A DNA stretch of 64,000 bases, taken from Vulcanimicrobiota bacterium. Lineage in GTDB: Bacteria; Vulcanimicrobiota; Vulcanimicrobiia; Vulcanimicrobiales; Vulcanimicrobiaceae. Positions 18,595-27,501 of this stretch are shown piece by piece; positions within the stretch are counted from its first letter, which is position 1, and each line of letters starts with the position of its first letter. The stretch is taken from assembly GCA_963795855.1 (NCBI GenBank), contig CAWCIZ010000001.1, positions 160,001 to 224,000 of the forward strand. Direction: 5' to 3'. The notes under the pieces are model-generated. The model saw only the letters and a list, made by a program, of their open reading frames with translations, did not search any database and was not told where the DNA came from. The translations under genes were made by a program, and so were the position numbers.

Positions 18595-20013
18595 GTGAGT
18601 GTATTCGCCGACGAATTGAATGCCGCGATGGACGCCGCGGGGCTGAACGCCACCGAGCTCGCCCAGCGCTGCGGCCTGACCGAATCTGCCATCTCGTACC
18701 TGCGGTCCGGGCAACGGGAGCCCTCGTATCGCTCGCTGCAGCGGCTGACTCAGGTGCTGCCCGATCTGACCGGCACCCTGGAAAACGCATCGCCCTTCGA
18801 TTCCATCGAAGAGGCCGTCAAAGACGTTCGGGCCGGCAAGATGGTCATCGTGCTCGACGACGAGGATCGCGAAAACGAAGGCGATCTCGTGATGGCGGCG
18901 CAGATGGTCACGCCCGAAGCGATCAACTTCATGCGCAAGTACGCGGGCGGTCTTATCTGCGTGCCGATGATCGGCAAACGCCTGGACGAACTGCACCTGC
19001 CGCAAATGGTCTCCGAAAACAGCGCGGTGCATGAAACCGCCTTCACCGTTTCCGTTGAAGCGCGCGGTCGAACCACGACGGGCATTTCCGCGCACGATCG
19101 CGCGGCCACGATTCAAGCGCTGCTCGAACCGGCGACGAGGCCGTCCGATCTGCTGCGCCCGGGACACACGTTTCCGCTTCGCGCGCGCGACGGCGGCGTG
19201 CTCGTGCGTGCCGGTCAAACCGAAGCGTCCGTCGATCTCGCTCGACTCGCGGGTCTGTATCCCGCCGGCGTCATTTGCGAAATCATGGCCGAAGACGGAA
19301 CGATGGAGCGGCTCGATGGTTTGATCGAATTCGCGAAGCGCCACTCGTTGAAACTCATCACCGTGAAAGATCTCATCGCCTACCGGTGGCGCATGGAGAA
19401 ACTGCTGCATCGCATCGCCGAATTCAAACTCCCGACCGAAGTGGGAACGTGGACCGGCTATGCCTTTGAAAACACGATCGACGGCAACACGCACGTTGCG
19501 ATGGTTATGGGTGAAATCGGCGACGGCCGCGACTTGCTGGTGCGCGTACACTCGGAATGTTTGACCGGCGATGCCCTGCACTCGCTGCGTTGCGACTGCG
19601 CGGCGCAACGCGACGGCGCAATGCACATCATCGCAAAAGAAGGGCGCGGCATCTTTCTGTATTTACGGCAGGAAGGCCGCGGAATCGGCCTGGCCAACAA
19701 GCTTCGCGCCTACCAACTCCAAGACAACGGTGCGGACACGGTCGAAGCGAACATCGCGCTCGGCCTGCCCGTCGACAAACGCGACTACGGAATCGGCTCG
19801 CAGATTTTGGCCGATCTCGGCGTGAAAGAGATGCGTGTCATCACGAACAACCCGCGCAAAATTTTCGGTTTGGAAGGCTACGGCATCAAGATCGTCGGCC
19901 GCGTGCCGCTGCACACGGAACCTACGCAGTACAACAAGCGATATATCGCGACCAAACGCAGCAAACTCGGACACATGTTCGGCGAAACGCTGCCGCACGG
20001 CGGCCACGCATGA
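18595..20013 (+). CDS. ribBA: XRE-family HTH fused to bifunctional DHBP synthase / GTP cyclohydrolase II
   Basis: Residues ~4-55 form an HTH (GLNATELAQRCGLTESAISYLRSGQREPSYRSLQRL); then DDEDRENEGDL, TTTGISAHDR, RPGHTFPL, RVHSECLTGD..SLRCDC, YLRQEGRGIGL, TNNPRK. Confidence 0.93.
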   Translation: MSVFADELNAAMDAAGLNATELAQRCGLTESAISYLRSGQREPSYRSLQRLTQVLPDLTGTLENASPFDSIEEAVKDVRAGKMVIVLDDEDRENEGDLVMAAQMVTPEAINFMRKYAGGLICVPMIGKRLDELHLPQMVSENSAVHETAFTVSVEARGRTTTGISAHDRAATIQALLEPATRPSDLLRPGHTFPLRARDGGVLVRAGQTEASVDLARLAGLYPAGVICEIMAEDGTMERLDGLIEFAKRHSLKLITVKDLIAYRWRMEKLLHRIAEFKLPTEVGTWTGYAFENTIDGNTHVAMVMGEIGDGRDLLVRVHSECLTGDALHSLRCDCAAQRDGAMHIIAKEGRGIFLYLRQEGRGIGLANKLRAYQLQDNGADTVEANIALGLPVDKRDYGIGSQILADLGVKEMRVITNNPRKIFGLEGYGIKIVGRVPLHTEPTQYNKRYIATKRSKLGHMFGETLPHGGHA

Positions 20014-20555
20014 AAACCGCAAAAGACACCGCGCCCAAACCCGATTGCTCGGGAAAACGCTTCACGATTATCGCCGCGCGTTTCTACGAAGATCTCGCAG
20101 GCTGGCTTGAAGACGGCGCGCGCCGCGCGCTTCACGATTGCGGCGTCAAAGACGAACACATCTCGGTATATCACGTGCCGGGCTGCTTTGAATTGCCGCT
20201 CGCGGCCAAGCGGCTCATCGCGGCAGACGAACGGCTCGATGCCATTGTCGCGCTAGGTGCCGTGGTGCGCGGCGAAACGCCGCATTTTGACTACGTCGCG
20301 GGCGAATGCGCGCGGGGCTTGATGACGGTCCAGCTCGCCACCGGCGTCCCCATCGGGTTCGGCGTGCTCACGACCGAGAATCTCCAGCAGGCGCGTGATC
20401 GTGCGAACCCTGAAAAAGGTGACAAGGGTTATGATGCCGCGATCGCGGCGGCATCGTTGCTGCACATTCCCGAGGAAACGGGAAAAGAGGTCGTCGGTTT
20501 TCGGGCAGGCCGCAACGCCCTTCAACCAAGCGAGGAATCCTTGCGACACAAGTAG
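20010..20555 (+). CDS. ribH: 6,7-dimethyl-8-ribityllumazine synthase
   Basis: ARFY, VPGCFELP, LGAVVRGETPHFDYVA, PIGFGVLT. Confidence 0.93.
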   Translation: MKTAKDTAPKPDCSGKRFTIIAARFYEDLAGWLEDGARRALHDCGVKDEHISVYHVPGCFELPLAAKRLIAADERLDAIVALGAVVRGETPHFDYVAGECARGLMTVQLATGVPIGFGVLTTENLQQARDRANPEKGDKGYDAAIAAASLLHIPEETGKEVVGFRAGRNALQPSEESLRHK

Positions 20556-20592
20556 CATAAATTGGCTCGCTACTTTTGTGGAGGCTCGACCC

Positions 20593-20889
20593 TTGGAAGA
20601 CAAGAGCATTACCTGTAAAGAATGCGGGCAACCGTTTATTTTTACGGTCCGCGACCAGCAATTCTATGCCGAAAAAGGCTTTCAAAACGAGCCGCAACGG
20701 TGCCGGGACTGTCGTCAGGCTCGCAAAGGCCAGGGGGGCGGTTCGTCTTCGGGCAGCTCAGCGCGGCCGAGTTACGAAGCCGTGTGCGCCGAATGCGGAA
20801 CGTCGACGACGGTGCCGTTCCGGCCGCGCGGTGATCGGCCGGTTTACTGCCGGGCTTGCTTTGCCGCGCATCAGCCCGCGGCGGTGTAG
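20593..20889 (+). CDS. Zinc-ribbon protein with CxxC-x17-CxxC domain
   Basis: DKSITCKECGQPFIFTVRDQQFYAEKGFQNEPQRCRDCR and CAECG..VPFRPRGDRPVYCRACF; GGAGG RBS before TTG 20593. Confidence 0.88.
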   Translation: MEDKSITCKECGQPFIFTVRDQQFYAEKGFQNEPQRCRDCRQARKGQGGGSSSGSSARPSYEAVCAECGTSTTVPFRPRGDRPVYCRACFAAHQPAAV

Positions 20890-20917
20890 CCTCCACTCCG
20901 TTCTTTCAGCACAAAGC

Positions 20918-20948
20918 AAAGCCGCGCGAATGGTTCGCGCGGCTTTTT
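20918..20948 (+). terminator. Rho-independent terminator
   Basis: AAAGCCGCGCGAA-TGG-TTCGCGCGGCTTT with the T-run continuing. Confidence 0.85.
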
Positions 20949-20976
20949 GTATGGGCGCGTTGAACAGTGCGTGCCG

Positions 20977-21990
20977 ATGACCGAACCACTTGAAGCCGTG
21001 CGTTGGGCCGGCGACGCGGTCGAGTACGTCGATCAGCGCTTGCTGCCGCACGAGATACGCATCTGCCGCGCATGCACGGTCGACCAACTCGAAGAAGCGA
21101 TTCGGAGCCTCGCGGTGCGCGGCGCGCCCTGCATCGGCGTGTTCGGCGCCTACGGCGTCGCGCTGCTGCGCGATCACATCGGCGACGACGAGGAGTTTGC
21201 AAAGGCGGCGAATCGCATCCGTAACGCTCGCCCGACTGCAGTGAATCTCATGTGGGCCGTGGATCGCGTCACCAATGCAAGCGACATGCTCGCTGAAGCG
21301 CACGCGATCCATGCGGAGCAGCGCAGCATGGACGAGCGAATCGCGCAAGCGGGGGCGCAGCTCGTTCCGCGCGACGCGACCATTCTCACGCATTGCAACA
21401 CCGGCCCCATTGCGACCGCCGGCGGCGGTACGGCGCTGGGCGTCATTCTCGCGGCGCACCGTGCCGGGAAACGTCCGCACGTCTTCGTCGACGAGACGCG
21501 CCCGCTGCTTCAAGGCGCCCGGTTGACCTACTACGAATTGCAGCGCGCCGGCGTGGATGCCACGCTGCTGGTCGACGCCGCGGCGGCGATCGCAATGCAG
21601 CGTAAATCCATCGATCTCGTCATCGTCGGCGCCGATCGCATCGCGCGCAACGGCGATACGGCGAACAAGATAGGCACGTACGGTCTTGCGATAACGGCGG
21701 CGCACCATCGCATTCCGCTGTACGTAGCGGCACCGCGCTCGACGTTCGATTTCTCACTCGACGACGGTGCCGGAATTCCAATCGAAGAGCGCCCGGCAAG
21801 CGAGGTCGTATCCTTCGGCGGCACGCGCGTCGCCCAGGAAGACGCGCACGCGTATAATCCTGCGTTCGACGTGACGCCCGGGCATTTGATCGCAGCGTTC
21901 GTCACCGAATACGGCGTGCTTCGGCCGCCGTACGCCGACGCCATCGGCGATCTGGAAATGCGTCCCAATTTGAGTGCCGTAGGCGCGTGA
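20977..21990 (+). CDS. mtnA: S-methyl-5-thioribose-1-phosphate isomerase
   Basis: DQRLLP, VRGAPCIG, ARPTAVNL, LTHCNTG, DETRPLLQGARLT, VGADRI..NGDTANKIGTY, NPAFDVTP. Confidence 0.93.
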   Translation: MTEPLEAVRWAGDAVEYVDQRLLPHEIRICRACTVDQLEEAIRSLAVRGAPCIGVFGAYGVALLRDHIGDDEEFAKAANRIRNARPTAVNLMWAVDRVTNASDMLAEAHAIHAEQRSMDERIAQAGAQLVPRDATILTHCNTGPIATAGGGTALGVILAAHRAGKRPHVFVDETRPLLQGARLTYYELQRAGVDATLLVDAAAAIAMQRKSIDLVIVGADRIARNGDTANKIGTYGLAITAAHHRIPLYVAAPRSTFDFSLDDGAGIPIEERPASEVVSFGGTRVAQEDAHAYNPAFDVTPGHLIAAFVTEYGVLRPPYADAIGDLEMRPNLSAVGA

Positions 21991-22961
21991 AGTTTTACGA
22001 CTTCCTCGACAAGCAGCCGTCGATCGGAAAACTGGTTATTATCGAGGGGACGGAACGGGTGCTCGCCGATCGCGCGCTCGAAGCCGTCATCGATCGCGTC
22101 CTTCCGCCCGATATGCGCGACATGAATCTCGAGCGATTCGCCGCATCGCAGCTGGACGGCATGGGGCGCGTTCGGGAAGCGGTGCAGGCGATGCCGTTTC
22201 TGGCGAGCTCGCGTGTGGTGGCGATCGCCGATGCGCAGACCATGAAAGCGGCCATGCGGCGCGAGTTGTGGGACGTCGCGGAAAGCGTGCCCGAAGGTAA
22301 CACGCTGGTCATCTCCGATTTACTCTCGCCTCGATCCCAGCGTCCGCAACCGTTCGGGACAATGGCGGGACGAAGCGCCTTGCGCATCGACACGACGGCC
22401 AACGAGGACCTCCGCGCGCGCTTCATTCAGGAAACGCTCGAGCAGCTGGGTGCGAGTGCCGACGCGCGAGTCGTGGATACGCTTGCGCGCAGCGAAGCCG
22501 ACCTTGCGTCGGTGCGCAACGATCTCCAGAAACTCGCGATTGCCGGCAAGAAAATCACCTACAAAGACCTTGAAAGCGAAAGTTTGAGCGTTGAGGATCC
22601 CAAGGCGTACCAATATGCCGCAGCTCTGGTCGAAGGGCGCGTGGACGACGCGCTCGGAATAGCGCGCGAACTATTTTCCAGCGACCGGAACGCGGCCGTT
22701 CCGCTGATCTACGCGCTCGCAACGGAATGCCAGATGCTTTGGGAACTGGCGCGTGAAGGCGGCCGGATTCCGGCGCGCGTGCGCTGGCGCGAGCGCGCGC
22801 TTCGCCCGGTTGCGGCACGAGTCGGTGAATCGCGCGCGCGGCGAGCCTACGAACGCGCGGTCGCCGCGTTCGATTCCATCGTTACCGGAAAGATCGACGA
22901 CCCGGAATTGGCCGTCGACTTGCTGACTGCCGAAGTGTCCGCCGTCACTGCCCGCCGCTGA
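21987..22961 (+). CDS. holA: DNA polymerase III delta subunit
   Basis: IIEGTE, DMNLERF, AMPFLASSRVV, LASVRNDLQKL; length fits HolA. Confidence 0.75.
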   Translation: MKFYDFLDKQPSIGKLVIIEGTERVLADRALEAVIDRVLPPDMRDMNLERFAASQLDGMGRVREAVQAMPFLASSRVVAIADAQTMKAAMRRELWDVAESVPEGNTLVISDLLSPRSQRPQPFGTMAGRSALRIDTTANEDLRARFIQETLEQLGASADARVVDTLARSEADLASVRNDLQKLAIAGKKITYKDLESESLSVEDPKAYQYAAALVEGRVDDALGIARELFSSDRNAAVPLIYALATECQMLWELAREGGRIPARVRWRERALRPVAARVGESRARRAYERAVAAFDSIVTGKIDDPELAVDLLTAEVSAVTARR

Positions 22962-24780
22962 AACTCGCCGCAAGCCGGTGCACGGAGCGATCGATACGCT
23001 CCAGGTGCATGATCGCGGTGCTGTCGCTCTTGCCTTCCGGCTGCTCGAACGGCACGACATCCGCGCTGCCGTCGTTCAAGCGTTCGAGTGCGATGCGAAT
23101 TTGCGCTTGTACGTGGCGTTCCATCGCTCGAATCGAATCGGCGGAACAGTCGGCAGGCGCTTCATACGCCAGACTCGCCAGACCGCGCAGCGAGTACGCG
23201 CACGCGGCGAGCATCAGCATGCGCGAGCGCAGCAGTTCATCGGGCCGCATGCGCAAAGTGTAAATGAGGGGAAGCAACTGTGCGCGTACGCTTTGAAACG
23301 CTTCGTCGTACAAACGCGCTGCCTGGAGCGGGTCCGCATTCAGATCGCCTGACAATCGCAAGGTGGCTGCTTCGATTGCTTTGCTCAGGCGGTTCAATGC
23401 CTCCGCGATCACGCTTTTCACCACTCGTTCGGTGTGAATCGGCAACACCAGCGTCGCAGCAATGCCGCCGCACGCGGCGCCGATCGCCGTCTCTATCAGT
23501 CGCAGCAACAGCAGCTGATCCGTAAAGTAGCCGAGTAAGACGTAAAGCAGCGAAAGCACGGCAGTGATGCCGAACGTCATGAGCGCGTACGAAAGCCGCA
23601 AACCGTACACCGCCACGAACAGAAAGAGAAAGAGTAGAATCATCGCCGCAGGTTGGCTCGATCGCACGAACTGCGCGGCGATGACGCCCGCGGCGACGCC
23701 GAGCGCGGTTCCCGCTACGCGCGACCAGGCTTTGCGCATCGTGTCACCCGCGGACGTCGTTCCGCTGAACACGACGAACGCCGTCAGCACGGCCCAGTAC
23801 CAGCGCTGCGTGGACAAGAACTCGCCCGCAATCATGGATGCGATTGCCGCCAGCGCCAATTGAATGCCTTGACGCGTCGTCGGGTCGAGTCTGCCCATTT
23901 CGATCTGCGTTCCGACTTTGAAGACGCCGCGCGGCGTCCAATCCGTCGGTGCGGAGGAGGGCGCGGAAACGCGCAGCGCGGGAATATCGACGCGCGACGT
24001 TGGGCTACGCAGTGCGCGTTCCGCAATATCTTCCGTCGCCAATTCTGCGTCCAATACTGCTGCCCGTAGTTCCGGCTCGTCGATATCGCGCAGCACGTCG
24101 TCGAGCGAGATCGCCGTTTCGTTCAGCCGGAACAGGTGGTGATTCAACCGGCGGCGCAGCCGGCGCGTCCACTCTCCTTGGGCTGCGGCTTGCGCGATCG
24201 TTTCGGCAATGAGCCGTTGACGCGCGCGAAACGCCGCCGTGCCGTTGTAAAATGCGTGCTCCGGCCGATCCGGAAAGACGTAGAAGCGCAGCAGGTACGT
24301 GCAGATGGTCGTTACGGCAAGCGCGAAAAGCAGCCACGGCAATTGCGCGAACGTTGCGCGCAGAAATAACGCGAAAAAGAACGAGAGCACGGCGACCATT
24401 CCGATCGCGAAGCCGCGCGGCCCGTAGCGGCGGACGTACACCGAGCAGAAGAGTGTTATCGCGAAAATCGCATCTGAGAGGATGTGATGCGGCGCGGTGA
24501 ACGTACCGAGCGTCAACATGGCTGCGGCGGGCAGCCACAACAACGCCGTCGTGATGCGCTGATCGCGCGGCGACGGGTCGTTGACGGAAATAGCCCACGT
24601 CATTCCGAGAGCCGCGCCTAAGAGCGGCACGGTAAGCGGCAAATGCTGCCAGCGAGCCACGGCGAGCAGCACTGCGAGTGCCAACCCGACTGCGCCCGTT
24701 GCGCGCATCGCCATGAAGAGACGCGTTAAGCCCGGGTCGGCCGCGACCAGGCGGTCCCGGAACGTGCCGGACAACTGCAT
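22945..24780 (-). CDS. FUSC family membrane protein
   Basis: AADPGLTRL N-terminus, RWYWAVLTAFVVF, RVAGTALGV, RLIETAIG; multiple TM segments. Confidence 0.85.
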   Translation of the reverse strand: MQLSGTFRDRLVAADPGLTRLFMAMRATGAVGLALAVLLAVARWQHLPLTVPLLGAALGMTWAISVNDPSPRDQRITTALLWLPAAAMLTLGTFTAPHHILSDAIFAITLFCSVYVRRYGPRGFAIGMVAVLSFFFALFLRATFAQLPWLLFALAVTTICTYLLRFYVFPDRPEHAFYNGTAAFRARQRLIAETIAQAAAQGEWTRRLRRRLNHHLFRLNETAISLDDVLRDIDEPELRAAVLDAELATEDIAERALRSPTSRVDIPALRVSAPSSAPTDWTPRGVFKVGTQIEMGRLDPTTRQGIQLALAAIASMIAGEFLSTQRWYWAVLTAFVVFSGTTSAGDTMRKAWSRVAGTALGVAAGVIAAQFVRSSQPAAMILLFLFLFVAVYGLRLSYALMTFGITAVLSLLYVLLGYFTDQLLLLRLIETAIGAACGGIAATLVLPIHTERVVKSVIAEALNRLSKAIEAATLRLSGDLNADPLQAARLYDEAFQSVRAQLLPLIYTLRMRPDELLRSRMLMLAACAYSLRGLASLAYEAPADCSADSIRAMERHVQAQIRIALERLNDGSADVVPFEQPEGKSDSTAIMHLERIDRSVHRLAASFSGGQ

Positions 24781-24871
24781 CGGGCCTTCTCATACCCGCC
24801 CTCGCTTGGGGCCCCATCAGACAAAAGCCGACGAGGGTGCCCGATACTGAACGCGAAAGGCCAGCTACCCC

Positions 24872-26299
24872 ATGAGTTACAGCACTTACGCCTCTCCGTT
24901 TTCGTGGAGATACGGCCGCGCTGAACTACGCTCGCTCTTTTCGGAAGAGCGGCGCCGCAAACTCTGGCGCCAAGTGTGGGTCGCGCTTGCGGAAGCGCAG
25001 TCGCAGCGAGGCCTCGTCTCATCCGCGGAACTCGACGATATTCGCGCGCACGCCGATTGCGTCGACATCGATGCCGCGCTCGAAATCGAACGAGAGATTC
25101 ATCACGATCTCATGGCTGAAATTCGAGTGTTCGCATCGCAGGCTAAAGTCGGCGGCGGAAAATTGCACCTCGGCTCGACCTCCATGGACGTCGAGGACAC
25201 CGTCGAAACGTATCGGCTGCGGCTCGCTCTCTCGCTTATCGGATCGGCCATCGGCGACGTCTTACGCGCGCTCGCGGAAAAAATTCGCGAGTACGCGGAG
25301 CTCGTCTGTATGGCGTTCACGCATTTACAGCCCGCCGAACCGACCACGCTCGGGTATCGCTTCGCGGTGTACGCGCAAGATCTGTTGATCGACGAAAGCA
25401 ACCTTCGCTTCGTGTTCGCGAATCTCACGGCAAAGGGATTGCGCGGCGCCGTCGGCACCTCCGCATCGTACGAGCAGTTGCTCAGCGGCGGCGGCGCTTC
25501 GGTGGAAATGGAATCGGCGGTGCTCGAGCGTTTCGGGTTGGAAGCGCGCGAAATCAGCACGCAAACCTACCCGCGCAAACTCGATTATCTGCTGCTTTCC
25601 GCGCTCGCCGGCGTCGGCGCTTCGCTCTCGAAATTTGCCGCGGATATTCGCATCTTGAGTTCGCCCGAGTTCGGCGAAGTGTTCGAGCCGTTCGGGAAAT
25701 CGCAAGTGGGAAGTTCCGCGATGCCGTTCAAACGCAATCCGATCTTGTGCGAGCGCATCAATTCGCTCGCGCGCTTGCTGCCTTCGTTTGCGGACGTCGC
25801 ATGGCAGAACGCGGCAACGAATTATCTGGAGCGCACGCTCGACGACAGCGCCAATCGCCGAACCATTCTGCCCGAAGCGCTGCTCTGCGTCGATGAAATC
25901 GTGCAACTGGCCCAGCGCATCGTCACGGGCCTTCGCGTCGACGCGCACCGGATTGCCGAGAACCTGCGTACGTACGGACCATTTGCGGGGACGGAATCGG
26001 TACTGATGGAAGCGGTGCGAGCCGGCGGCGACCGGCAAGAGCTGCATGAAGTGCTGCGCTCGGCAGCGATGCAGTCGTGGAATGCAATCGCGCAAGGGCA
26101 AGCGAATCCGCTCGGGCATCTGCTTACGGAAGAACAGGAACTCACCAGCCGCGTCGACCCGGCCGAAATTCGCCGCATGCTCGATCCCGGAAAACACATC
26201 GGGACCGCAGCCGAGCGCGCACGCCTACTCGCGGATCGAATCGACGCGCTCGAGCCGTTCCCGCAGCAAAAACACATTTCGAGCGACGGAAAGAGCTGA
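24872..26299 (+). CDS. purB: Adenylosuccinate lyase
   Basis: HDLMA, HLGSTSMD, FTHLQPAEPTTLG, GSSAMPFKRNP signature, LERTLDDSA. Confidence 0.93.
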   Translation: MSYSTYASPFSWRYGRAELRSLFSEERRRKLWRQVWVALAEAQSQRGLVSSAELDDIRAHADCVDIDAALEIEREIHHDLMAEIRVFASQAKVGGGKLHLGSTSMDVEDTVETYRLRLALSLIGSAIGDVLRALAEKIREYAELVCMAFTHLQPAEPTTLGYRFAVYAQDLLIDESNLRFVFANLTAKGLRGAVGTSASYEQLLSGGGASVEMESAVLERFGLEAREISTQTYPRKLDYLLLSALAGVGASLSKFAADIRILSSPEFGEVFEPFGKSQVGSSAMPFKRNPILCERINSLARLLPSFADVAWQNAATNYLERTLDDSANRRTILPEALLCVDEIVQLAQRIVTGLRVDAHRIAENLRTYGPFAGTESVLMEAVRAGGDRQELHEVLRSAAMQSWNAIAQGQANPLGHLLTEEQELTSRVDPAEIRRMLDPGKHIGTAAERARLLADRIDALEPFPQQKHISSDGKS

Positions 26300-26301
26300 C
26301 C

Positions 26302-27501
26302 GTGCTAAAAGGCATAGAAATTGCGCGCGGCAAGACCAAAGTGCTGTATGAAGCGGCGGGGCAGCCGGACATGCTCGTCGTGCAGCAGACGGACTCCATC
26401 TCTGCCGGCGACGGTGCGCGGCGCAATGAGATTGGCGGCAAAGGTCGTTTAGCGGCGCAGACGACGGCGCGCGTCTTTCGGCTGCTCAACTTGTGCGGTC
26501 TTCCGACGCATTATCTGAACGGCGGCGAGGACGACGACGACAACGAGATGCTCGTGCGCCGCTGCAACATGATTCCGCTCGAAGTGGTCGTGCGCGGCGT
26601 CGCGGCGGGATCGCTCGTGCGACGCAACCCCGGATTGCAGCGCGGGTCGCTGCTGGTGCCGCGCATGGTCGAGTTCTTCCAGAAGGACGACGCCCGCCAC
26701 GATCCGCTGATCGCGCCGGACGCAATCGCGAGCGAGAACATTGCGAACCCCGCCGAAATCTCCGCGATGACGGAAATCGCGCGCCTGACGTTCGAAATCC
26801 TCGCGCATGCGTGGCGCAAACGCGACGTGCTGCTCGTGGACCTCAAGATCGAGTTCGGGCGCCTCGCGGGCGGTGAAAACAAAGGCCAACTCGTCATCGC
26901 GGACGTCGTAGACAACGATTCCTGGCGCATTTGGCCGCAAGGGCGCGAAGATCGCATGCTCGACAAGCAGATCTACCGGAATCTGGACACCGTCGACGAC
27001 GCAGCCCTCGCGCGCGTAAAAAGCGCTTATGAAGAAGTCGCTGACCTCGCCGGGTCGTTTCCGGTGATGCGTCCGGGCATGATCGGACTGTTCGCGGAGT
27101 CCAACGATTTCGTTCCGCAGCTCAACGGCGTCGCTCAAGCGCTGGGCCAACTCGGGCTGCCGGTGGTGCGCCACGTTGCGAGTGCGTCGAAAACGCCGGG
27201 ATTCGTTCTGCAATTGCTGCAGCAGCACGATGCCACATTCGCGCGTCTGATGTACGTCACGTTTTCCGGCCTCGACGGCGCCCTGTACGCCCTCATCGAC
27301 AACGCAACCAGCAATCCCGTCGTCGACGGCGGCGGAGATCCGAGCGCGGTCGCTTTGCACTGCGCGAAAGTGCTTGCGCTCGAAGACACCGTGCTGTTCG
27401 GACGCACGCTGCTCGTGCAGACCAATGCGCGCTCGGCGGTTTTGCAAGCGGATGCGCAGGTGAACGCGCAGCAGATTCCCGCACCCGGCAGCCTTGGATA
27501 G
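26302..27501 (+). CDS. purC: SAICAR synthetase fused to a degenerate PurE-like domain (PAICS-like architecture)
   Basis: GKTK, ISAGDG, MIPLEVVVR..AAGS, EFFQKDD, LVDLKIEFG, ADVVDNDSWRIW, DKQIYR; the C-terminal ~140 aa has a PurE-like pattern (VASASKTP, NATSNPVV). Confidence 0.88.
   Translation: MLKGIEIARGKTKVLYEAAGQPDMLVVQQTDSISAGDGARRNEIGGKGRLAAQTTARVFRLLNLCGLPTHYLNGGEDDDDNEMLVRRCNMIPLEVVVRGVAAGSLVRRNPGLQRGSLLVPRMVEFFQKDDARHDPLIAPDAIASENIANPAEISAMTEIARLTFEILAHAWRKRDVLLVDLKIEFGRLAGGENKGQLVIADVVDNDSWRIWPQGREDRMLDKQIYRNLDTVDDAALARVKSAYEEVADLAGSFPVMRPGMIGLFAESNDFVPQLNGVAQALGQLGLPVVRHVASASKTPGFVLQLLQQHDATFARLMYVTFSGLDGALYALIDNATSNPVVDGGGDPSAVALHCAKVLALEDTVLFGRTLLVQTNARSAVLQADAQVNAQQIPAPGSLG

Noticed and set aside
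18400..18595. FMN riboswitch upstream of ribBA (or of ribD)
   Set aside because: No RFN consensus segments were recognised, and the promoter spacing implies no leader; an Infernal search would be decisive.
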